This document shows positions 13,486 to 26,858 of a stretch of 53,351 nucleotides of DNA, piece after piece (within the stretch, counting starts at the first letter, position 1; each line of letters starts with the position of its first letter). The stretch comes from Trichoplax sp. H2. Lineage: Eukaryota. Where the stretch lies: contig NOWV01000311.1 of assembly GCA_003344405.1 (NCBI GenBank), positions 1 through 53,351 of the forward strand. The letters run 5' to 3'. The notes beneath the pieces were generated by a model. That model had not been told where the DNA came from, did not search any database, and was given only the letters and a program-made list of their open reading frames with translations. The position numbers were made by a program, and so were the translations under genes.

Positions 13486-15364
13486 GTATATTAATAATAA
13501 TTAATTAAGTATTAATTAATGATTATATTAATTAAACCATGAGATAATATTATTCAATGTCGAGGAGTGACCTATCAGACCACCATCACCATGTTTCGTA
13601 CGTGATACACTAGATACGGTGCAATCAAACCACGTGTTCCCAACATTGCCACGTCGCCCAAAATTCGAATATTCCAATAGCGAATTCTAAAGTACAGATA
13701 CAGTAATCCCTAGTCATGAATTCTCATAATACTGTATACCCAAATCTTCGTAGCCACTGTAGGGGACTCATGACTTCGAACAAGTCCCTGGCTAATGTCA
13801 GTATTTTGCGCGTCCGATTCAAAATGATGAAAGCTTCTGTACTGCAAATATGAATTCATGATCAATATTGATTATTGACCATGTCAAATGTTGAATCAGT
13901 AGTCTGGTAAAATGTATTGTAACAACATGGTAACAACTAATAATTAAATTACTGTAACTGATTGCCGATACACACTGTACTGTACTGTACTTCAATGAAA
14001 ATTTCGTAATCCATGATACAGTATAGCAATTTTTAATTTGGAAGCAGTACAGTACTGTACAGTAAATACTACAAGATGTGGAAATTTGAACAAAAATAGC
14101 TATAACTGATAAATATATCATTCTTATAGCACAGGATAGTAACGACATGGTAACAACGAATAATACAATTCACTTGTTATGAACTTGTGTAAAGTATAAT
14201 CAAAATTTCATAATGCATGCTACACTATAGTACAGTACAGTACTAGTTCTCGTACTGTATTCAAATTCGAAAGGCAATATCGTACTATCATTACAACGTA
14301 ATGTTGAAATTTTGATGTAAATAGCAACGACGTATCACTCTATAGCTATGGTTAGGGCAATAAATCTACGCTTGCTGTAATATTCTACATCGTTCTGAAA
14401 AGTCACTCCGAACTTTGATTGGCTAGCTTTGACCCTAGTAATTCTATGGACTTGTAGTAGAACTACTCATACACAAGAAATTTGAAATGTGGTCCTGTTG
14501 CACAACAATGTTTAATTTCTAGATTTTTCAGTTGACAAGTGAATAGAATCTGTTATTAATCTAACTTAAGATACACAATAGATTCATTATATTATCATCC
14601 AATACAAATACTGCATGTCTGTGATTAAAGAAATGCAGACCTTTGAACTATTTTTAAAAGATTTTAAGTTACGATTTTATTCAAGCACAACGTAAATCTT
14701 ACAAACAGTTCACGATTCAGAAAACCAACAACAAATAGCCCATGCATACTTTTAGCTAAATTATTGTCTACCGCAGTAAAATATCAACAAAGTTCTTCTA
14801 AGTTAAAGTCTATTGTTCCACGTTAAAAATACTCTGTATGAGTTATCAGAAATGATCAAGTTAAATATATTAGCAGTCAGATAGGATCTGCCCAGCACGA
14901 CACACTCAGATCAGTAATGTTCTAAAATTAAAATTTCTTGACTGCTATAACGTATACATTACTGTACTGTATAATTATAACTGAAAAAAAATTGGACGGT
15001 TTTATTTTAGATATGCTGTATACTACAAATAAGTAGTTCAATAATATAATTATTCATTCATTATTAATTAACTGTATAATTACAAGTACTGTACAGCATT
15101 GAAAGCGATCTTGATATATATTTTGTATTTACTAACTATAAAGTTTAGTTTCTAGTCTCTACGGTTAATCATTGCTTATATATGTGTAATATAGTGAACA
15201 GATAGCCTACTGTATGTTGTCTATGTAACCATGGTACTGATGTACTGTACTATGTGTATCAATACCTTACAGTATACGTTTACACCGGTCAGTGATATCA
15301 CATGCTAACTGCCTACGATAAATTAAATTATACATTATACTGTATACAGACAAATACAATACAG

Positions 15365-15545
15365 AGCAGTACAGTATAATATAGATCGATTGATATTCTG
15401 TTCTGTCTGGTAGTAGCCTCCTCCCGTATGTCTCTCTAACGTTCTACCTATGAGCGTTCATTCTCATTCTACAAATAAACCTACTCTTCATCCTCTCATC
15501 ATCTTTAACATCAATCATTTTGTACGTATTTCAAGAAATCATATT
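15365..15545 (-). repeat. Dispersed repeat fragment, copy 2 (inverted)
   Basis: Reverse complement of about 2305-2465. Confidence 0.8.
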
Positions 15546-15549
15546 ATAA

Positions 15550-16075
15550 TATGTACTGTACATTGTACTGTACTCTCATGTACTGTACGTGTTAATTAAG
15601 CTTATTACACATTCGTGAATCGAGTCCGTGATACTGTACGGCCATACAGTATTACCGTGTCTTTGTTTGAAATAAAATAAATAAATCAATTTTAAATTTT
15701 AGCGTAAATACGGTCTGTACAGTGTACTGTACAAGTATACAGTAATACGGTGTGCTTATTTTGTTTTCAGATTGGCGAAATCCTTCTCGAGGTGCTTTAA
15801 ATAATGAAAAGACCTATAAATTTCATACCGGTACTTTAGAGACTATACTGTACTGTACTGTACTGTACACCACACGAACTGTACTAGTGTTCAGACTAAA
15901 GAAACGAAAATCGCCCGGTTTTTACGGTGCAGTACAGTACATTATGAACAGTGTACAGTACTGTACTGTACTGTACAGTACTGTACATTATGTACAGTGT
16001 ACAGTACTGTACTGTACTGTACAGTACAGTACTGTAGTCATCGTCTTTATTGTTCAGTATGTAGTACTGTATCAC
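15550..16075. repeat. (TACAG/CTGTA)n cluster upstream of the MIF4G gene
   Basis: Long runs such as ctgtactgtactgtacagtactgtac at 15845-16035. Confidence 0.85.
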
Positions 16076-16280
16076 TAAATTAGTCACCAGCAACTCCGAG
16101 AGTATGTTTTCAAGTCTTGAAAAAGATCGGATCAATATATAAATCGACTGTGCCTGTCTGGAACAGGAACCTTTGACGTTATCAAGTGCTATATTATCTC
16201 TAATTTATCCACTGCATTACAGTAAAATCAAATCTTCTAAAAGTGCAAAAGCTGCCATTGCAGTACCCATATTTGAAGGC

Positions 16281-19200
16281 ATGGGAGATACCTTAACATT
16301 ATGGCTGGAAACGGTAGTGCAAGAATGTTATTACTATTAACTAGTTCATTGATTGTATTTGCCAAAACATGAATATGCGGTAGAATGAATGTTAGCTCTG
16401 CCATTCAGTAGTAGTTACTGCTTACAATAGGGTTGTACCTTGTATTTTTGTTTTAAATAACTGGTATACAGTACATTAATTACAATACATGTTACATCAT
16501 ATGAGTATTACTAGCTAAAGCTATTCATTATTCACGGTTATCTAGTACATCATTATATTATTATTATCACTTGTAATAAGATACGTACTCGTATACTATG
16601 TTATTTAGATACCAACTACCGCAAAACGATGGCTACCTAAGCATCAGAGAGACGATGTGCATACGACGCCGAAAGAGGTATACAAAATATGAATAGTGTA
16701 ATTTGAATTTACTGATAAGTTTTCGTAAACAATCCGCACAACTGCATGAGTCAGTAAGTGCAGCCTTCAGTATAGTTAATATGTATTTATAATATACACA
16801 CTTATGAATACATTTTATAAACGTCTAGAAAATGCTAGGTGTCCTTAATAAAATAACACCTGAACGATTCGACGTATTGGTTGATCAAATAGATCAGCAG
16901 GATGTCGATAGCAAAGAATGCCTTCGAGAAATTACAGATCTAATCATTGGAAAGGCAAGTGCTATAAACTTTTATTATGACTAACCTACTAACCGTTCGC
17001 TTCCAAGCGAGCATCGACAAATCCACACTTTTTCACTCAAAAAAATACCTACAGTAATATTCTGTTGTAGTAACTAATCGTATATAAATCGTGAATTTTG
17101 CTGTAATAAGTAGATTGTCAGATAGTCAGATAGTCCTTGGTAGTTAGACGAACCTAACTTCTGTAATAAAGTGAAATTTGCACGAAACTGTGGTTCTTGA
17201 TTTATTGTTTTAAAGATCACTTTATCACATCTGTATTTATCTGCCGGTCTCTACAACCATATTTTAATATAGTACGTATAAGGATAAGGATTTTTAAAAT
17301 GGGCTGTAGCCGAAATTGATAAATTATTAATAATTACAGTCATTACAACTTCTTAATATTGTTATAGTGATAGTATTACGAATCTTTTCAATACATTGAA
17401 ANNNNNNNNNNNNNNNNNNNNGCAGCCTTCAGTATAGTTAATATGTATTTATAATATACACACTTATGAATACATTTTATAAACGTCTAGAAAATGCTAG
17501 GTGTCCTTAATAAAATAACACCTGAACGATTCGACGTATTGGTTGATCAAATAGATCAGCAGGATGTCGATAGCAAAGAATGCCTTCGAGAAATTACAGA
17601 TCTAATCATTGGAAAGGCAAGTGCTATAAACTTTTATTATAACTAACCTACTAACCGTTCGCTTCCAAGCGAGCATCGACAATTCCACACTTTTTCACTC
17701 AAACAAATACCTACAGTAATATTCTGTATTTATCTGCCGGTCTCTACAACCATATTTTAATATAGTACGTATGAGGATAAGGATTTTTAAAATGGGCTGT
17801 AGCCGAAATTGATAAATTATTAATAATTACAGTCTTACAACTTCTTAATATTGTTATAATGATAGTATTACGAATCTTTTCAATACATTGAAATACAGCT
17901 GCAATTATCATTTTAGACCGTTAACATTGTAATGTCTATATCCATCATTTTAGGCGACCACCGAGCCCCTATATTCTCCAACATATGCTCGACTGTGTGC
18001 TAGAATAGGACATGTAGGATAAATAGCATTCACAATATATTTAGCTGTGTTTTTAACTCTAGGCTTGTGAAAATTCGCTAACTAAATCATTTTACTCCAT
18101 GGATTAATAACAGTTATTTTCTATTATCTACTTTATGACAGATTTCAGTTCCAAACTTGGCTATTGATCTTAAATCCTTGATAATAGAACGTTACCAAGA
18201 AGAATTTAACAATCTAATCAAAATTCCGCCTATATATTCATCGAGCATTACTGGGTCTGATAAGGTTATAAATTCATGATTGGAAACTGTATCGTACGTA
18301 AATAGTCATTCTTTTTACAGCTACCTCTTAATACGTATTTTTTAATACTTATTATGTAATAGTGGTCAAACTATTATGCTAGGAAAACAGCTTTCAATCT
18401 AATGACTCTTGGAGGGGAATTATTCAAAATTAAAGTATTGAACATAGTACACATGCTATCTGGTTATCAATTAGAATCTATGTGCTGCACTTTCTCAATT
18501 ATAAATTAGCATCATGATAAAAGTGCGTTTTAAATAATTGAACCTAGATAATTCGAGCTCCAATGCTACACGAATTTTTAACTACATTATTAGCAAGACA
18601 AGACAATCATTTCTTTACTGAATGTTTTTGTGCTCTAATGGCTGTAGTTGGCAATGAACTTGGTTCTCTGTTATCGGAACTGGTAGTGCAACGTATTCGA
18701 TAATGTTAATATTATATATATTTTACGAATATATAATCTATAAAATTCTTAGCAGCTTTCATCTACTCATAATACTTTGAACGTTATATATTTATCGAAC
18801 AAAGCAACAATTTAATGCCTACTTTGAAGACCTAGAAGCAATTCTTGAAAATAGTAACACTTTACTACCTATTGTAAGATTCAAAATTTTGGATATTATA
18901 GACCTTAAAAAGGTATGAAATGGTAGTCATTAAAATAAATTCATCAGATCCTATACTAATGGAGAACTCTTATTAATACCATGTAGTGTTACGATTGGGT
19001 ATTACTTAGCAACTATTACTGTATGTAGAAGATTTAGAAATTTCTTTGTACTACATCTGTTTCAGTGAGCTCTAAAATATATTGTATATTGTACTTAAAA
19101 TTTATAGACATCTTATTAAAAGATTTCTTACGCTAGTTTACAGAGAATGGCATTTCTATTGCTACCGATAGCAAATTTATGACATCATCAGATTCTCTAC

Positions 19201-19353
19201 GGATTAGTTACATAATCAATACCTTGAATAGGTACAATTTTAAAATTAATCATTGCTAAATTATACTCTTTACAGAATAATTGGATCCCCCGTAGGAAGG
19301 CGGCAATGCCAAAAAGATTGTCCGAATTCAGAAGGCCTAATTTGAGACATTGA
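16281..19353 (+). CDS. eIF4G-family MIF4G-domain-only protein (about 265 aa)
   Basis: Exons 16281-16313 (start uncertain), 16609-16677, 16829-16954 (second copy at 17491-17616), 17954-18013, 18142-18264, 18363-18434, 18548-18682, 18805-18912, 19276-19353. Motifs RWLP, GVLNKITPERFD, EPLYSPTYARLC, GELFK, ECFCALMAVVG, VRFKILDIIDLK, WIPRR..PKRL match the eIF4G/DAP5 MIF4G domain. A stop codon follows directly. Confidence 0.85.
17066..17229 (+). mobile_element. Solo LTR / TRIM-like insertion (164 bp) with 5-bp TSD
   Basis: TG...CA ends, TCTGT duplicated at 17061-17065 and 17230-17234, TATATAAA at 17081, AATAAA at 17165. The empty site with a single TCTGT is at 17723-17727. Confidence 0.8.
17402..17421. 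other. Assembly gap
   Basis: Run of 20 N. Confidence 1.
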
Positions 19354-21389
19354 ATGTCAAGATTTTATTTTTAATTTTCCTCGACTTACTAAAAGTTAAA
19401 TTGTAGATCATATAATAAAATTTTTTCTGCAGCTCTTTATGCCATCTCATTGATAGCCTCAGTAATTTGATTGGATGCATTTATTATTCCCGCGGACTAT
19501 CAAACTTGCTTTTGTAATGTATATAGCTGAATATAAAATACTGCTGATATAGTTCAATGCAATTTCCATAAGATATATATTTTTGCTGTAAAGTATACAT
19601 ATGCAGTATGCTAATTTTTGTAATTGGTAGTCTAATACATTGCTTATTTCAGTAGTGTTAGAATCTCTAAATTACTGATGTGATAAAGCAATTTAAAAAA
19701 ATTGGATCATTGCAACGAGAAGTTGTGTCGTTACTCTATTAAGCTACCGATACAAATTGTATCTTAATTCTTATTTCTTTATGTGAAGAAAAAATGGTAC
19801 TCTTTCTATTTAATGTTGTATTGTAAACTAAAGTAAAGTGATGCTGGTATGCCATTATGTAATAATTCAAACGCTGTTCCCAATTGTGCTGCATGGGTGA
19901 GATAGTGCAACTAACATTACTGCCATACTCACTTTACTATTTGAAAGGCTATGTTAATTATATTGCATATTTTCGAGTTTATTCCTTTCATACTGTACAA
20001 TTTGGGCGTATCTTTAAGAATGGATGCCTCTCCTGTAAAAATTCATGAAATAATAGAACTAGGAATGCATTTCAGATATTAATCATCATTTTATGGAATA
20101 ATATTTGTGAATCATGATGTACAACAGAATAAAAAAAGGTGAAAGAATAATACTATTTGACTTGACTCTGCTTTAAGTAAACGAGTTAATTTTAAGATTG
20201 CGGCACAAATACATTATAGTCGGGCTCAAGTTATAAATTAATTTACGAATTATTTCTACCCTTCTTCCTCGTCTTTACGCATATAAACATTATCTATTCT
20301 GGAATGAAATTACTTGTATACAGTATATCATGTTTACAATTTATTACCGTAGTTTTCGGTCGAAATCTAGTGTAATAAATATCTAAGATGGAGTATCAAC
20401 ATATCTACAAGTTGATTGCGGATAAGATTTTTTATTTTATGGATAGTAGTACAACAGAATAACTAAATTGAATTTAAAGTAAATACTTGAATGATACGTA
20501 TATTTCAGATGATCAATAACCGCGCTGAACGTAATATGTGTATAAGTAAATAGAACTATTCATTAATTACGTTCAGTGCTCAATAGATGGGCTTTACTGT
20601 ATGCTGTTAGAAAATTCAGAGGCAGCCAAGGCTACATTAATTAGGTAGTGAAGCCGACATTTACATCTTTTATGAGTGATGATGTTCATGATAAATATGA
20701 TACTGTATGACTAAATAATATCATTATTATTGTAATTGTAATAATAATTAATTTTATTTATTCATTGTTCTATTTACAGCAAATAACGATGAGCATATAG
20801 TACCATAAATCCTTAAGGTCATGTTGTGATATTAACTTAGTTTATGGTTAGAAAGTTCCAAATACTGTGAATAGATGATTCATTTAATAGTTTGGATTAA
20901 AGGCAACTTTAAAAGATATTCTCTGTATCCTATAAAGGGACTATCCATCATAACTCTTTATTCTTTCAATACCTATTCGTTTCACAGCATCACTGGCCTA
21001 ATGCCTACAGCACTCCGGTGAACATTTCAAGTGTAATTTCTCCTACTAAACATAAGAAAGTATTTCCTAACTAGTTCCTCGGAAATGGTAAATGGAAAGC
21101 TCAACTTTAATATGTACACTGACTGTGCCATTTCGTCGTTGCAGATCGCTAGTGTATAGCATATGTCCGTCTATATAGAGAGAATATTTTTACTTATTAT
21201 TATTTAAGAACCACCATATAGGGTTGAACTAGATTTGATGTCGTTGTCGTTCTCGTGATGCAATTCTATATATAGTAACATACGTGATCTAGGTCATACT
21301 ACACATGCGCATACTCTACACCGTGTCCATTCTAGCACTGTATGAGTACAGTTTACGCTACAATACGGTATCGTATCGTATCGCACTTC

Positions 21390-21540
21390 TGTCTGTACAG
21401 TACTGTACAGTACTGTACAGTACTATAGAAATTGATGAGTTTAACACCACAGTACAGTACAGTACAGTGCGTGAGTACAGTACATTATACTGTACAGTAT
21501 GCTGCTTAAAGCTAGTAGACAGCAGTGCAACTGTACAATA
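21390..21540. repeat. (TACAG/CTGTA)n cluster upstream of GABARAP
   Basis: ctgtacagtactgtacagtactgtacagta and (agtac)n runs ending about 120 bp before the ATG. Confidence 0.85.
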
Positions 21541-21649
21541 ACGTACAACGACTTCATCTGGCTGCTGTTTACAAGATATTATTTATTTACGATTCTTGTT
21601 GGAAATTTGGGGCAAAAGAAGATTCCTCCACAGGAGAGTTATTTCATAA

Positions 21650-23931
<2,282 letters not shown>

Positions 23932-25290
23932 TGCTATGCGCAATTAAACGGAAAATATAATCTATCAGCAAGTTCCGTCATATAATAATTTCCCAACGAA
24001 ATTTAGTCAAAATGAAGATTAATCAGCACTATAAACTGCAATGAAGTATTAAGTTTGAGCGACGAATAGGTTATTATGTGAATTTTTACTGACTCTATAT
24101 TGAGATAAATGATGATGGTGGATACAAGTATTGGAGCAAAAGTTAAGTAATTGTTCTATATCTTTAACTTCGATTATGTAAATTTAACTTTTATGGCTAT
24201 TAAAAGTTCCTTGCATGTATGGCGTGATATGATACTATTCCAATCGCGTTAAGATCTTCTGTTAAGAAGCTCTAAGAGCTGTCACTAATTTAAATATGTA
24301 ACTGCATTGAACTATAATAGTAATAAGTAGAATGAAGTGCCTAACTAATGTTATAGTGTGCATAATATCATTATATCACGTACTTTGGTCAAGTAGACTA
24401 GTTGTTGAGATGCAATAACTCGTCTCTGTCAGGATGTTATTTCGACATTGCTGACTACCATATCTATCTGCATGTATACTGACGGATTCGATTGCAGTAA
24501 CATTTTAAGGCAGTATAAGTTAACTTATTAAGGTTATAAATTGTAAAATTGATGTCCATTAAAACGCTTTAACTTTTTTGAAAAATTAATTCATTTCGCT
24601 TTAGCTCAGCAAGTTTATTGAAATTACAAAGAGCAGAGTATACAGCATTGTATCACTTTATTTACGTATCAATACTAGTGAAATATACAGTAGTACTATA
24701 TGTTAACATTAATTAACCTCAGATATTAGCTGTCCGGCCTTGACCATGACAACCTTAATAATGGAACTACCTGTGTGAGAATTTTACCCTATTAAGCAGT
24801 TGACATTAGAAAATACATCCATGCAGTAACGTACAAAATAGTAACAAATTTTATGAAAGCGTTTAGCCGATTTATCGCGTACTCTACTTATTCAGAGATG
24901 ATACTTTACATTGGGCTATCAGCTTAGAGAACACAATTGAAATTAAGCAGGAAATATAAAAATGATAGAGAAAAAGAACTGAATGTACGAATATGTGTGG
25001 CATTGGTTGATTACAGTTCAAGACTAGTGTAGACTACGTTGACAGCTTGTTTCTTATCATTCTAATACTATTATTGTACTATCAAATTAAAACATTTTAA
25101 ACTCTTATAAATGTACAGCACAATACTGATTATTTAAAACCATCGTTTTTCCACGGATTTTAGTACAGTACCCAGACCCCCCCCCCAAAAAAAATGAACG
25201 CTCTGAATAAGTTATTTGAGATATGAACCCTTAACTTGTTAACTTTGAGACAACTAGTAAATCGATAGAGTCCAAGTATTCGTTATTCTA

Positions 25291-26315
25291 CGAAACCGGA
25301 TAATTTACCGCATTAAATTCACTTTACGCTATATAGGATTGAACGGTGTCCAATATTCAATCCATTCTCGTCATATCAAAACAGATACATTGCTGCATTC
25401 GATTGATTTTACGGTGTATAGGATTGAACGCTGCAAAGTATTCAATTGATGCTCGTAATATATCAAATGTAGATGGATATTGCTTTTATCCTATACTACT
25501 ACATTGCACAGAGGTAAATTGTCCCTAGATCCCCGTCAACATGCTGCGAAAGCGTATAATTTACCGCATTAAATTCACTTTACGCTGTATAGGATTGAAC
25601 GATGTCCAATATTCAATCCACCCTCGTCATATTAAAACAGACACATTGCTGCATTCGATTGATTTTACGGTGTATAGGATTGAACGCTGCAAAGTATTCA
25701 ATTGATACTCGTAATATATCAAAATTAATCAAATGTACAGTAGATGGATATTGTTTTCATCCTATACTACTACATTGCACAGAGGTAAATTGTCCCTAGA
25801 TCCTCGTTAACATGCTGCGAAAGCGGATAATTTACCGCATTAAATTCACTTTACGCTGTATAGGATTGAACGGTGTCCAATATTCAATCCACCCTCGTCA
25901 TATCAAAACAGATACATTGCTGCATTCGTTTGATTTTACGGTGTATAGGATTGAACGCTGCAAAGTATTCAATTGATGCTCGTAATATATCAAATGTAGA
26001 TGGATATTGTTTTTATCCTATACTACTACATTGCACAGAGGTAAATTATCCCTAGATCCCCGTCAACATGCTGCGAAAGCGGATAATTTACCGCATTAAA
26101 TTCGCTTTACGCTGTATAGGATTGAACGATGTCCAATATTCAATCCACCCTCATCATATCAAAACAGACACATTGCTGCATTCGATTAATTTTACGGTGT
26201 ATAGGATTGAACGCTGCAAAGTATTCAATTGATGCTCGTAATATATCAAATGTAGATGGATATTGTTTTTATCCTAAATAGCTACATTGCAAAGAGGTAA
26301 ATTATCGGCCTAGAC
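25291..26315 (+). repeat. Tandem repeat of about 4 units (256/271/256 bp periods)
   Basis: TAATTTACCGCATTAAATTC recurs at 25301, 25557, 25828 and 26084. Unit 2 carries a 15-bp insertion. TATAGGATTGAACG occurs twice per unit. Confidence 0.95.
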
Positions 26316-26344
26316 CCGATTTTGATCACCCAAGCAAAATATTT

Positions 26345-26560
26345 GTACAGTATGGTATTACCAATCCAAAACAATACCGTCCTTTGGTGGGTTTTCCAGT
26401 ACAGTACAGTACTGTACAGTAACTGGAGTTCTTTCATACAGTACATAGTACTGTACTATTGTCTAAAAAGGGCCTGTACAGTACTGTACAGTAGTGTACT
26501 GTAGTGTACTGTACAGTACAGTATCCTCGTAAACGCCAGCAGTGAACAAATACTGTACTG
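26345..26560. repeat. (TACAG/CTGTA)n cluster upstream of EMC1
   Basis: Dense pentamer array about 300 bp before the EMC1 ATG. Confidence 0.85.
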
Positions 26561-26858
26561 CACTGACAATGACGTGACCGTCAACTGCTCGTGCGGCAGT
26601 GAAGCGTTCATTGTGTGACACCAGGGTGCAGTCATGCATACCGGCTACAGCTACAATGACTGTAGTCAGTCGACCATCAAAGCGCGTAAATTCGCGGCGT
26701 AATCTGGATCGTTCCATACTCATTGCAGTATGTTTTAGGCCTGCTTGAGCGGCTGTACTACACGCACCATTCAAGTCCAATTGGTTGTAGTCAAAGCACA
26801 CGAGTTCACACAATAACGTTCAGTGCACCATCTTGGTCAAAGACTTGAAAGTGATAAA

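Larger units (their letters stand above)
16760..17893 (+). repeat. Near-identical duplication across an N-gap (16760-17401 versus 17422-17893), probably two haplotypes
   Basis: About 6 small differences plus one 169-bp indel. The copies abut the 20-N gap. Confidence 0.85.

Noticed and set aside
13129..16135. ORFs rich in YSTVQ/TVLYC (also at about 21305, 26322-26813, 45631-46076 and 51229-53008)
   Set aside because: They are translations of the stop-free TACAG/CTGTA pentamer, not proteins.
25346..26055. Three near-identical 60-65 aa ORFs, or a CRISPR-like array
   Set aside because: They are by-products of the 256-bp tandem repeat. There are no unique spacers and no cas genes, and the context is eukaryotic.
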